From assembly GCA_964637655.1 (NCBI GenBank), contig CAZWUZ010000009.1, positions 1 to 33,682 of the forward strand: a stretch of DNA of 33,682 nt, in the 5' to 3' direction. Below the pieces are notes generated by a model that saw nothing but the letters and a program-made list of their open reading frames with translations, did not search any database and was not told the DNA's origin. Origin of the DNA: an uncultured bacterium (GTDB lineage: Bacteria; DAOPZR01). Each line of letters opens with the position of its first letter. The first letter of the stretch is position 1. Position numbers and translations under genes: made by a program. Positions 16,971-26,532 of the stretch are shown piece by piece.

Positions 16971-18452
16971 TTGTCGAAAGGGAATACCTGTGTCGTCTAC
17001 GACCTGACCAACGGCGCCAGCGGCCTGTCGTATCGTGCCGGCTGGCTGCAGCCTTTCCGTGTCACGGAAACATGGCATGCCGAAGCACTGCCTGACAGTG
17101 GGCACCCGCCCACCGCCTGGCTGACCCTGCCGCAGGACCAGGTCCTGACCCGCGTCCTGACCCTGCCGGCGCACGACGACGACACGATTGCCGGCCTGCT
17201 GCAGCACACCGTCCGGCCGGAACTGCCCTTTCCGGAGAACGTGGAGCTGCGGTTCGCTTGGACGGTCATAGCTGAGACGGCGAAAGACAACTCTGTCCAC
17301 AGCACCGTCCTGCTTGCCGCGGCCCGGCAGGACGCGGTCGATAAGGCCGTCCGCGACAACGGCGGCCAGCCCGACTGCCGTATTGTGCCGGCGTTCGCCC
17401 CCCTGTTCAACCTGTTCGTTGCCCGTTTCCCGGCCAAGAGCGACAGGGTCTATGCCCTGCTCCACCTCACCCCGCGCACGAGCTTCGTGATTGTGTGCCG
17501 CAACCGCGAGCTGCTGGGGGTGCAGAACCTTTCGGGACTCGCCATGCGCGCCGACGCGAACGAAGCGATGTCCGAAGACGAAGTGACGGCGCTGTGCGGG
17601 CGGTTGGCACCGCTGCTGCACCGGACAATGCATTCGCTGGAGACCGAACAGAAGCTGCCGCGAATCGACGAGGTGGTGCTCAGCGCGGTCTGCCCGCTGC
17701 CGCCCGCACTGCTGACAAGCCTCGCGGACAAGCTGGGCATCCCCGCGGTCGCATGGCCGGATTTTGGCGTTCCGGCCGGGCACCTGCTGGCGCTGGGACT
17801 CGCGGAAATGGCCGCGACGCCCACCCGAGAGGGTACCCACCTGTTCGAATTTGCCCGCCCGGACCGGCCGGCGTCCATGGCGGGACCCGCGCCGCTGACG
17901 GCGCTCAGGTTCGCCTGCCACGGCATTATCCTGGTGCTGCTGTTCCTGTCTTTGCAGATGGTGCTGCGCGAGCATATCCAGGTCGCGCGCGCCGAAACCG
18001 AAGCCATGAGCAAGGAGCTGGTGACGCTGCAGCCGGCCATTGCCGCAGGCCGCACGCTGTTCAGCGACAACGAGGAGTTGCTGCGGCAGCTGGGGCGGGA
18101 ACGCCGCTCGCTGCTGCCCGACTATGCCACGGTGGTCGCGCGCCTGGGCGAGGTGACGCCGGCTGACGTGTCGCTGGAGCAGGTAACCATCGGGGGCGAG
18201 GCAGCGCCGGCTCCCGTGCAGGCGTCGGTAGCCACTGGAGCCCTGCGCCGCATCGGGACGACCGGCGACACGGGCACGCTGACGACCACAAGTCCGCGAG
18301 TGGTCATCTCCGGCGTGGCGAACGATGCGTTGGCGTTCGCCCGCTATTGCCAGCGGCTCGAACAGGCGCGCATACTGTCGGACGTGGCTTGCCAGCATGC
18401 CGAAATGACGGCTGACGGGGCCTTTTCCTTCGCCTTGGCTGGGACACTGTGA
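16971..18452 (+). CDS. PilM/PilN (GspL)-like fused assembly protein
   Basis: PilM-like VLTRVLTLP...ELPFP, VLLAAAR and IDEVVLS; one TM helix; PilN-like LGEVTPADVSLEQV...VVISGVA; first gene of the secretin operon. Confidence 0.7.
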   Translation: MSKGNTCVVYDLTNGASGLSYRAGWLQPFRVTETWHAEALPDSGHPPTAWLTLPQDQVLTRVLTLPAHDDDTIAGLLQHTVRPELPFPENVELRFAWTVIAETAKDNSVHSTVLLAAARQDAVDKAVRDNGGQPDCRIVPAFAPLFNLFVARFPAKSDRVYALLHLTPRTSFVIVCRNRELLGVQNLSGLAMRADANEAMSEDEVTALCGRLAPLLHRTMHSLETEQKLPRIDEVVLSAVCPLPPALLTSLADKLGIPAVAWPDFGVPAGHLLALGLAEMAATPTREGTHLFEFARPDRPASMAGPAPLTALRFACHGIILVLLFLSLQMVLREHIQVARAETEAMSKELVTLQPAIAAGRTLFSDNEELLRQLGRERRSLLPDYATVVARLGEVTPADVSLEQVTIGGEAAPAPVQASVATGALRRIGTTGDTGTLTTTSPRVVISGVANDALAFARYCQRLEQARILSDVACQHAEMTADGAFSFALAGTL

Positions 18453-18937
18453 AGGCGCCTGTGCGGTTCCTCGCCGGGTGCGGGATAGCGGCCCTGCTGG
18501 CTGCCGCCGGCTACTGGCTGGCTCTTGAGGAGCCGCTGCAGGCACTGGCGGCTGAGGAACGGACCGGAGAGCAGATGCGGCTGACGGTCACCGAGGCGCG
18601 AAGCATTGCGCGCCAGAAAGAGGCGCTGGCCGTGTTCAACCAGCGCCTGCGGCGGGCAGCCGGGGCCAATTCGGTCGACACGGCGCCGCGCTCGGCGGCC
18701 ACCATGCTGGCGGAGGCCAGCCAGCGCATGGTTGCGGCAGGGGGCGTAATCTCCGGGATATACCCGCAGCCGGCGCAGCAGGCGTGCGGCTTCCGGGTGC
18801 TGGTCCCCCCACAACGTGTGGTGCCCCTCTTGCGCGAGGTCGAGCGCACGCTGGCTTGGCAGCTGGTGAAGCTCGAGATGAAGAAGGCGGATGACGGCCG
18901 CATGGAATTGTACCTGCTGCTGGAGTTCGGGCGATGA
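18449..18937 (+). CDS. PilO/GspM-like assembly protein
   Basis: N-terminal TM helix, coiled coil, short alpha/beta C-terminus; GTGA overlap; operon position. Confidence 0.55.
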   Translation: MKAPVRFLAGCGIAALLAAAGYWLALEEPLQALAAEERTGEQMRLTVTEARSIARQKEALAVFNQRLRRAAGANSVDTAPRSAATMLAEASQRMVAAGGVISGIYPQPAQQACGFRVLVPPQRVVPLLREVERTLAWQLVKLEMKKADDGRMELYLLLEFGR

Positions 18938-19554
18938 GCCGTACTGCTTCGGCGATGCCGACACGCCTGCTGCTCGCGGCGGAACTGCTGCTGATTCTCG
19001 GCTGGATTTGGCTGCTATTCCAGTGGCATGCGCCGGCTACCGCGAATACCCCCGTGCCGGTGAGCATGCCGGCCGCCGAGTATCGCGCCCTGCGGCAGAA
19101 CATCGACGCGCAGCTGCGCGACAACCGTTCGATGGAAGCAGGCGAGGGAACGCTGGAATCGGCGTTCTGGCCGGAAAGCGACCTCGAACAGGTATTCCTG
19201 TCCCCGGCTCGGGAGGAAGCGCAGCCGGTGGAAATGCCGACCGGGATAGCGATATCCTCACCGGGTTCGCGAGAGCCGGCTGAAGTATCGCCGGAAAGGG
19301 AGCAGCCGCCAGCTGCCAGGCGGCAGGAACCGCCGGAAACCCCGCGGCCCGGGACTCCTGCCTGCCCGTACCGGGTATCGTCAATCATCAGCGGGTCGTC
19401 GCGTGCCACTGTGGTGCTGGTCAATACCGTCACGGGAGAGAGTTTGTTTCTGGGGCGAGGGCAGCATGCAGGGGAATGGACGGTAGCGTCCATCACGGAC
19501 ACCACGGTCGTGCTGCAGCATGCCGGTCGGCAGCGCGTGCTGGCGGTCGAATAG
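18934..19554 (+). CDS. GspC/PilP-like protein
   Basis: N-terminal TM helix, Pro-rich linker, C-terminal YRVSSIISG...LGRGQHAGEWTVASITDTTVVL (HR-domain-like). Confidence 0.6.
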   Translation: MSRTASAMPTRLLLAAELLLILGWIWLLFQWHAPATANTPVPVSMPAAEYRALRQNIDAQLRDNRSMEAGEGTLESAFWPESDLEQVFLSPAREEAQPVEMPTGIAISSPGSREPAEVSPEREQPPAARRQEPPETPRPGTPACPYRVSSIISGSSRATVVLVNTVTGESLFLGRGQHAGEWTVASITDTTVVLQHAGRQRVLAVE

Positions 19555-19560
19555 GGCATG

Positions 19561-19589
19561 TTGACACTGCCGACGCGTGCAGGCATAAT
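19561..19589 (+). promoter_or_regulatory. Internal sigma70 promoter before the secretin gene
   Basis: TTGACA 19561-19566, 17 nt, CATAAT 19584-19589. Confidence 0.55.
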
Positions 19590-21690
19590 GCCGAACGTGA
19601 AAATCGCCGCCCTGATGCTGATTCTGCTCGCCTTTGCCGTTCCGTGCCTGGCGGATACCACTGCATCCTTGCCAACGACCGAGCCAAATCCTGCATCCGC
19701 CACTGCACCGGCTGCCGTATCTGCCGATTCGGTGATTATCAACCTCGAACTGAAGGATGCTGATATCCGCGACGTGCTGATTGCGCTGGGCAAGCAGGCG
19801 GGAGTGAACATCGTGGCCGAGCCGACGCTGCAGGGCAAGGTCACCATGCACCTCGAAAGCATCCCGTTCACCGTGGCGTTGGACGCCCTGGTGAATCCCT
19901 ACGGTTACGTCGTCGAGCGCCAGGGCGTGCTGTTCATGATTAGGAAGAAGGAGACACTGCCCGCGATTCAGGTGGAAATGGGCCCCACGGGCTCGCTGTT
20001 CCTGCATGCGCGGCAGGCGGAGTTGCGGGATGTCCTTCAGGAAATCGCCCGGGTGGCGAAAATCAGCGTCCTGCCGCGGCCGGGCGTGCAGGGCGTGGTC
20101 ACCATCGACCTGGTCGGGGTGCCTGTATCCGAGGCGCTGCGCACGCTGGCCGGCAACTTCGGCTACGAGCTGCAGAGCGAAGGCGGGGTCTACGTCATCG
20201 CGCCGCCCGGCCAGCCACAGGCGGCAGAGACACCGGCGCCGCAGGTGGTGCGCAGCGACAGCGGGCTCATGACCATCGACGTGCGCGGCATGGACATCAG
20301 GATGCTGCTCGACCGGATAGCCCGGGCGGCCGGGGTGAACATCATCGCGGCCAACGACGTGGCCGGCACGCTGGACCTGAACATCGACCGCATGCCGCTG
20401 GAGCAGGTGATGGAGAACCTGTTGGCCACGCAGGGGCTTTATTTCCGCCGGGTGGAGAACGCCTACCGGGTCTTCAAGAACCCGGCCGGCCAGGCGGCCG
20501 CGACGACGTACAATATCGTCTGCACCGACAGCAGGGTGACCGTGGACGTGCAGGACGCCGACCTCGGGCAGCTCTTGACGGAAATCGCCGCGCAGAGCGG
20601 CAACGACCTGATAATTTTCGGGGCGGTGCGCGACAAGGTCAACGTGCGCCTGACCTCCGTCCCGCTGGATTCGGCCATCGACCTGATTCTGGCGGGGACG
20701 CGCTGGTCCGCGCAGCGGCAGGACAACATCATCATGATTGGCGACCGTGCTCCGGGCTCGAGCACCGCGGGCCTGCTGACCCAGACGAAGGTTATCACCC
20801 TGCGCCATCTCAAGGTGGCGGAAATCGCCAACCTGCTGCCGCAGAACTTCTCCAACGCGACGGTGAAGATACTCACGGAACAGAACGCGCTCGTGGCGCG
20901 CGGGACCCGGCTGGAACTGCAGGAACTTGAGGAGTACATCGCCCGCATCGACAAGGCGCCGCCGGTCATCATGATTGATGTGCTGGTGGTCGAGTACTCG
21001 GACCGCACGGGCTACGACCAGACCCTGTCGGCGAGCATCTCCTCTGCCGACGGCAGCAACGAAGTGACTCTTACACCGGGCAACCTTACGGGCAAGATAA
21101 ACGTGTCGACCCTCGACCAGCTCGACCAGCGCTTTACCGCGACGCTGCAGTTGCTGGTATCAGAGGGCAGGGCGAAGGTACGCGCCAACCCGCGCATATC
21201 GGCGCTGTCAGGCCACGAGGCGAGCATCAACGTCGGGACGGAAGAGTACTTCAAGGTGACGACGGGCAACGTCGAGACCCCGCTCACCCAGCTGGAGAAG
21301 ATAAGCTCCGGCATCATGATGACCATCACCCCGTGGAGCAGCGAAGGCGCGGACCGCATCACGGTGAAGGTCAAGGCGGAGGTAAGCTCGCCCGGGCAGG
21401 TGAACGCCGAGGGCTTGCCGGCGATTTCGACCCGCAACGCGACCACGGAACTGGCGGTGCGCGACGGGCAGACCATCGTCATCGGGGGCCTCATCGAATC
21501 GCGCACCTCGCTGACCGAGGACCGCGTGCCGGTGCTCGGGCGCATACCGCTCCTGGGCGCACTTTTCACCACGCACCGCGAGTCGGAGCGCCAGAGCGAG
21601 CTGGTATTCTATATCACTCCGCATCTGGCGATTGACGGTATTCCGGCACCGCCGAACGTTGTCACCGACACGGTCAGCATCAGCCGCTAA
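19588..21690 (+). CDS. Secretin (PilQ/GspD family) with four tandem N0/STN-like domains; start could be 19558, 19588 or 19597
   Basis: Signal peptide; four L..KDADIRDVL..L....GVNI.....V.G.VT..L repeats; N3-like domain; secretin core ANPRISALSGHEASINVG, VRDGQTIVIGGLI, VPVLGRIPLLGALF, ELVFYITPH. Confidence 0.93.
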   Translation: MPNVKIAALMLILLAFAVPCLADTTASLPTTEPNPASATAPAAVSADSVIINLELKDADIRDVLIALGKQAGVNIVAEPTLQGKVTMHLESIPFTVALDALVNPYGYVVERQGVLFMIRKKETLPAIQVEMGPTGSLFLHARQAELRDVLQEIARVAKISVLPRPGVQGVVTIDLVGVPVSEALRTLAGNFGYELQSEGGVYVIAPPGQPQAAETPAPQVVRSDSGLMTIDVRGMDIRMLLDRIARAAGVNIIAANDVAGTLDLNIDRMPLEQVMENLLATQGLYFRRVENAYRVFKNPAGQAAATTYNIVCTDSRVTVDVQDADLGQLLTEIAAQSGNDLIIFGAVRDKVNVRLTSVPLDSAIDLILAGTRWSAQRQDNIIMIGDRAPGSSTAGLLTQTKVITLRHLKVAEIANLLPQNFSNATVKILTEQNALVARGTRLELQELEEYIARIDKAPPVIMIDVLVVEYSDRTGYDQTLSASISSADGSNEVTLTPGNLTGKINVSTLDQLDQRFTATLQLLVSEGRAKVRANPRISALSGHEASINVGTEEYFKVTTGNVETPLTQLEKISSGIMMTITPWSSEGADRITVKVKAEVSSPGQVNAEGLPAISTRNATTELAVRDGQTIVIGGLIESRTSLTEDRVPVLGRIPLLGALFTTHRESERQSELVFYITPHLAIDGIPAPPNVVTDTVSISR

Positions 21691-21700
21691 GCGCAAGCAG

Positions 21701-22243
21701 ATGCGCGAGAACGAAGCACAACCCCAGAAGACGAGCAGCGCAAGCGGCCAATCCGGATATACCCTGGTAGAATTGCTGGTGGCAGTGGCCATTACCGCCA
21801 TTGCCTCAGTGTCCCTGCTGCGGGCGTTCGATGTGGCAGGAACGGTCACGGCGCGTCATGAAGCGCAGTATTACTCGCGTTGGTTGGCTACCTCGATGAA
21901 AACCGAGATGGACCGGCTGCCGGTGGTTGACCCGAACCAGACCCCGGCATTCGGCCCCGAGGCGGGGGAATGGCAAAATGACCGGAGCACCTTTGACGAC
22001 CTCGACGACTATGCCGGTTGGAGCGGCTTGCCGACCGATGTGAACGGGCGGCCCAGCGAGGACCTCGCCGCCTACACGCTGGCTACTGAAATCATGTACG
22101 TGGACAAGGATGACTTCGCGAAGGAAGTGCCGGCAGGGCAGTCCGACTTCGTGTTGTGCCGCATCCCGGTGACGAGCACCGATGGCGAAACATTCGTTCT
22201 GCAGTGGCTGCGCACCGTGCGCTGGGAGTGCTATCGCCCGTGA
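21701..22243 (+). CDS. Minor (pseudo)pilin with a prepilin cleavage/methylation site
   Basis: QSG/YTLVELLVAVAITAIA class III signal; FDDLDDYAG motif. Confidence 0.88.
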   Translation: MRENEAQPQKTSSASGQSGYTLVELLVAVAITAIASVSLLRAFDVAGTVTARHEAQYYSRWLATSMKTEMDRLPVVDPNQTPAFGPEAGEWQNDRSTFDDLDDYAGWSGLPTDVNGRPSEDLAAYTLATEIMYVDKDDFAKEVPAGQSDFVLCRIPVTSTDGETFVLQWLRTVRWECYRP

Positions 22244-22752
22244 AGAACGCGCGCGGGATGACCATGATTGAGCTGCTGCTCGCGTCGACCATTCTGGCGA
22301 TGGTGATGCTGGCGACGCTCTCCCTGTACCGCAGCGGGGTATTTGCTTACACGAAGTATCGCGAGCGGCAGGAACGGACCGACCAGGGCGAGATGGTGAT
22401 GTCGATGCTCGCCGACGACTTGCGAACTGCCGAAACGGTTGATTTTGTTGAGCAGAACCGGCTGGGCCTGCGCCGGATGGTCATCGGCGACGACGGCAGT
22501 GAGCATCAGGAATTGGTCGTGTACGAGTTCCAACAAGCACCTTCCCCGCGTTTGATACGGCGCCGTGATTACGAGGAAACTGTCTTGCAGGCCGAAGTTA
22601 CGGAAATGTCGTTCGCGAAGAACAGCAACAACGCTTTTGTGATTGTGACATGCAGGATTGCGAACCGGCCGAGCCTGCGCTGCACGCTGCCGGTTGGCGG
22701 GGCTTCGGCGCTGGCCAAGCCGTACCCTTTGGCAGGGCAGAACACGCCATGA
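22240..22752 (+). CDS. Minor (pseudo)pilin, PilW/GspJ-like
   Basis: GTG start overlapping the previous stop; ARG/MTMIELLLASTILAMV; later LADDLR motif. Confidence 0.85.
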   Translation: MKNARGMTMIELLLASTILAMVMLATLSLYRSGVFAYTKYRERQERTDQGEMVMSMLADDLRTAETVDFVEQNRLGLRRMVIGDDGSEHQELVVYEFQQAPSPRLIRRRDYEETVLQAEVTEMSFAKNSNNAFVIVTCRIANRPSLRCTLPVGGASALAKPYPLAGQNTP

Positions 22753-23696
22753 ATAGCCAGCGGGGCTCGGCAGTGGTGAACGCGCTGATATTCATCGCCG
22801 CGCTGGCTATACTGGGCCTGAGCCTGAGCCATCTTGCCACATCGCGCCTGGCTGCAAGCCGGCAACGCGGCGAGCGCCTGCAGGCCCAGGCTGCGGCGGA
22901 ATCCGGGCTCGAGGAAGCCTTGTACCATCTGCAGAATGACATGACCTGGTATGCCGACGGCAGCGACTCGCGCCCACTGCTGAAGAGAGAGCTTCCTGAT
23001 TGGCGATATGAGGTGCAGGTCATTCCCAACCCGGACGGCATCAGCTATGCCGTGACGTCGGAGGGGAAGGTCGGGACGACGGGGCAGACGGTCACGCGCA
23101 CCTTCGTCACGACCGCGCCGGCGCGCTACGCACTGTATGCGTTGGAAAAGCTTACCGTCCATACCTCTGGAAGCATCAACGGTATGCTCTACGCTGGAGA
23201 AAAATTCGAAGGCCAGCTGCCGGACGGGGCGCGGCTCGATACTTATCCGGCAGCTATGCACCGTGCGGCTCTGCCGACGCTTGCCGACTATCTTGCCCGA
23301 CGTCCGGACCGTATCCTCGAAGGCTACCTGCGTGATTATCGCGTGGAGAACCGGTTTCTGTATAAGGCGGGCACACTCACGCTGGACCAGGGTGTGCTGA
23401 ACAAGGTGAGCTGGCTTGCTGACGGCACCATCACGGTGCAGGGCAAGACCATTGCGACAGCACAGGATGGACTGCCGCTGCTGTTTGCCGATGGCGACAT
23501 GCTGATAAATCTCGCGCCGGGGTCCAAACTGATGGGAGTGATTATCTGCTGCGGTTCGTTGACCATTGCTGGTAGCGGCGACATAAGTGGGGCTATTATC
23601 GCCAAGAACATCGATTGTGGAGGGACAGTTAATCTGGCTCCGCAATCTGAGGATGCGCCCTTGCCGGGGTTTGCTCCGCTGTGGTGGATGATGTGA
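22749..23696 (+). CDS. PilX/GspK-like minor pilin
   Basis: QRG/SAVVNALIFIAALAILG (no E5), QAQAAAESGLEEA, YAVTSEG; beta-helix-like C-terminus (GSLTIAGSGDISGAIIA). Confidence 0.8.
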   Translation: MNSQRGSAVVNALIFIAALAILGLSLSHLATSRLAASRQRGERLQAQAAAESGLEEALYHLQNDMTWYADGSDSRPLLKRELPDWRYEVQVIPNPDGISYAVTSEGKVGTTGQTVTRTFVTTAPARYALYALEKLTVHTSGSINGMLYAGEKFEGQLPDGARLDTYPAAMHRAALPTLADYLARRPDRILEGYLRDYRVENRFLYKAGTLTLDQGVLNKVSWLADGTITVQGKTIATAQDGLPLLFADGDMLINLAPGSKLMGVIICCGSLTIAGSGDISGAIIAKNIDCGGTVNLAPQSEDAPLPGFAPLWWMM

Positions 23697-23763
23697 TTAA
23701 TGGCTGTTTCGAGAAACTGTAGGCAAGAAATGAAAATCAGAGGACATATCGAGGAGGCACGCA

Positions 23764-24522
23764 ATGACGACCCGGAAAGAGAATCGTATGAATCGAAAGC
23801 CGCGAGCAACACCGCCAACCAACCCGGGATATATTGATTTTTCCACGCCATTATCGTTAATTGGAACAAGTGGTGAAATCCATGACCTAAAAGAATTTCG
23901 CTCTGTCATAGACAGATTTATACAAATAGGGACAAAGCAGTTTCTTGAACGTATTGACGACGCAGTAAAAGCACAAAAACTCTCGAAACGAGATGCCGAA
24001 GACTATTATGCATTTCATGAAGACGAATATGACAGATGGCATTCGTCGTTTCCAAATACAATCCGGTCTACGATGCTAATCGCAGCTTGCTCACGCTTTG
24101 AAACCGCCCTTTCGAGTCTTTGCCTGGAAATCGAAAAACTCAGAATTCCAGATTTGTATAGTTGGGATAGTATAGTGAAACATAAAGGTATTCGTCGTGG
24201 TGCGTATTTCCTATGCAAAAATATTGGAGTATGCCCTCAAGAACACCCATTATGGTCGAGAGTGTTAGATTACTATACGATAAGGGATTGTTTTGTTCAT
24301 GCGGGCGGTATTTTAGACATGATGAAGCCGACGAAACGTATCGAGATTCGTAGTGCTATTAGGAGGTTAAGGGATTATGGTGTATCCGAAAATGCGGTTT
24401 ACCAAATCGAATTATCGCAGGAGTTCTTCAAAATCATGTTCGACGATATGATAAAATTTTGGCAGGATTTAGAAAAAGCAATGAAGCAGAATGCGGTTGT
24501 TGGTCCGCGGTACTTTCCATGA
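23764..24522 (+). CDS. HEPN-like protein (putative RNase)
   Basis: RBS GAGGAGG; helical; LIAACSRFETAL and IRDCFVHAGG (R-X4-H at 24283-24300); AT-richer than the flanks. Confidence 0.6.
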   Translation: MTTRKENRMNRKPRATPPTNPGYIDFSTPLSLIGTSGEIHDLKEFRSVIDRFIQIGTKQFLERIDDAVKAQKLSKRDAEDYYAFHEDEYDRWHSSFPNTIRSTMLIAACSRFETALSSLCLEIEKLRIPDLYSWDSIVKHKGIRRGAYFLCKNIGVCPQEHPLWSRVLDYYTIRDCFVHAGGILDMMKPTKRIEIRSAIRRLRDYGVSENAVYQIELSQEFFKIMFDDMIKFWQDLEKAMKQNAVVGPRYFP

Positions 24523-24632
24523 CGAGTTGGCAGATTGTCTGGTCAATGTTGTCTCGTCGTTGTGCGATGGTGTGCGGTCGCTGAATTTGCGGACATGCCG
24601 GCGCCGCACATGCGTCTGACCACCCCCGCACT

Positions 24633-24661
24633 TTGACAAGCCCCCGGCCGTAGGGTATATT
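24633..24661 (+). promoter_or_regulatory. sigma70 promoter
   Basis: TTGACA 24633-24638, 17 nt, TATATT 24656-24661. Confidence 0.6.
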
Positions 24662-24768
24662 TCATACACAGTATATCAGCGATAACAAGAAATCGGTGAG
24701 CGCAAGCGCCATATGGGCGTCATTGCGCACGTTTGAGATATCCTTGAGGTATCGGGGCATGACATGGT

Positions 24769-25542
24769 ATGACCGAGTCGCCGAAACAATGGCTGATTCC
24801 CGCTGAAACCGTGCCGCGAAAGCCGGGTTCCAAGCTGGCGAGCGGCGGGCACTTCCCGTCCGGGGGTCATTCCGGCCACTGGGAAGTGACGGAAAAGATT
24901 GCCAGAGAGCTCAAGTTCAGTCCCGAAGCCATTGACATATTGTGTGACGCCGCGCAGGACCCCGACTTTTACGAGTTTTCCGTTCCAGCGGCCCATGCCC
25001 AAACCCCGGATTGCATCTATGATGTCAGCGGCGACCGCGCCGCGGCCATCGAGAGCGCGATAGCCGCCTATGGGGAGTGGGTGGCGGCGAATTTCCGCAA
25101 GTGCGTCCTGGCGCTGGCGGCCAAGAACACCCGCTTGGCGCTCTACTGGCTGGGGTACATGCTGCACGGCATCGAGGACTTGGCGGTACACATGGGTATC
25201 ACCAACGGCGAGCATGCCGCGCGTAAGATAAGCCCCGACCACGTTCGGGCAAACATCAAATTCGCCTTCGAATACGCCCGGCAGGCAATGGGCGCGGTGC
25301 GCAGCGCTCTGGGCGAGAGCGAATTCAGTCTGCTGCAGGAGCACCGTGGCGACAAGGGCTATGACAAGCCGGAGAAGCTCGCGGCCATCCATCCCAAAGG
25401 GTGGGATATTGAAGACACTTTCGGTGAATATCGGATAGCAGGAGAAAAGTACCAGAAGATGTCGCCGAAGCCGGAGCCGGTGCTGTGGGACCGCGAACGG
25501 GTTCTCGCCTGCGTCCTGCAGAGACTACAGAATGGGAATTAG
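24769..25542 (+). CDS. Zn-dependent phospholipase C / P1 nuclease-fold protein without a signal peptide
   Basis: Ligand pattern GHWEVT, AAQDPD, AAHAQ, LGYMLHGIEDLAVH, GEH. Confidence 0.62.
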   Translation: MTESPKQWLIPAETVPRKPGSKLASGGHFPSGGHSGHWEVTEKIARELKFSPEAIDILCDAAQDPDFYEFSVPAAHAQTPDCIYDVSGDRAAAIESAIAAYGEWVAANFRKCVLALAAKNTRLALYWLGYMLHGIEDLAVHMGITNGEHAARKISPDHVRANIKFAFEYARQAMGAVRSALGESEFSLLQEHRGDKGYDKPEKLAAIHPKGWDIEDTFGEYRIAGEKYQKMSPKPEPVLWDRERVLACVLQRLQNGN

Positions 25543-25707
25543 GCGGCAACGACTGGGGAAACCCGAAGCGCTGGACAGCGGCCGGCGCTGGCGCCGACGT
25601 TAAAGGCGAGTCATCTGTCGGAAATGATGAGACTGTCGGCACGGTGGCATATGAGTGTATTCGCGCGCGCCAGCCATGAGAACGAGACGATTCTTTCGAG
25701 GTGAATA

Positions 25708-26532
25708 ATGCCAATTACGCGGTACCCAACGCAACCAACTGAAACAAAATATCTCTTTATCGACGGGGCATATCTGGACGAGATAAACAAGAAAATTGCC
25801 TCGGCGTGTTTCGACCATGCGTACTTCGACCTTAACTACGCCAGTATTGGGGCTGGATACAAGAGAGTGTTTTACTATGATTGCCTACCTGGGCAAAAAG
25901 TCGGAGAATCAGAGGAAGAGTACAAGATACGCACCGAAGACAAAAGAACGTTTCTTGAGAACCTCGGACAACTCCCGGGCTTTCATGTAAGGCAAGGTGT
26001 TGTAGTCCGGGCGGGGCGAGGGAACCACCAGAAGACTATCGATGTGAAAATCGCTGTGGACATGTTCTCACATACGATGCAGCGGAACATGGAATCGGCG
26101 ACCCTGCTTGCAGGCGACCTTGATTTCTTACCTGTGATAAAGGCGCTGGTTCGGGCGGGGATGCATGTCGTGTTGTGGTACGAGAAGACGTCTGTAAGCA
26201 GAGAATTGCTGCAGAAAGTGGATGAGGCTGAAGTGCTGTGTGACAAGCGGATGTTCAGATGGTCGACGCAGGCATTTCGGCAAAGATATGCGCAACCAGA
26301 ATGCCTCAATGTGTATACTGATGGCAAAATAATTCTTGAAAATGGCGAGTTGGTCAAGAGTGGGACAGCTGTTGGCCGAGAGAAAATTGAACTACGTAAG
26401 TATGAAGACAAATGGTGCATTGTTGAATGGAAAGCACATGGCGAACTAAACTTTTATCGACATGAAGACCTGAAATTCTTGGAGTATTATTTGCGGGACA
26501 GGCAGGTTCTGATTATTTGGGAAAACACATAA
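25708..26532 (+). CDS. NYN (LabA/DUF88, PIN-fold) domain protein with a C-terminal extension
   Basis: YLFIDGAYL, YYD, QKTIDVKIAVDM, LLAGDLDFLPVIKALVRAG; RBS GAGGTG. Confidence 0.88.
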   Translation: MPITRYPTQPTETKYLFIDGAYLDEINKKIASACFDHAYFDLNYASIGAGYKRVFYYDCLPGQKVGESEEEYKIRTEDKRTFLENLGQLPGFHVRQGVVVRAGRGNHQKTIDVKIAVDMFSHTMQRNMESATLLAGDLDFLPVIKALVRAGMHVVLWYEKTSVSRELLQKVDEAEVLCDKRMFRWSTQAFRQRYAQPECLNVYTDGKIILENGELVKSGTAVGREKIELRKYEDKWCIVEWKAHGELNFYRHEDLKFLEYYLRDRQVLIIWENT

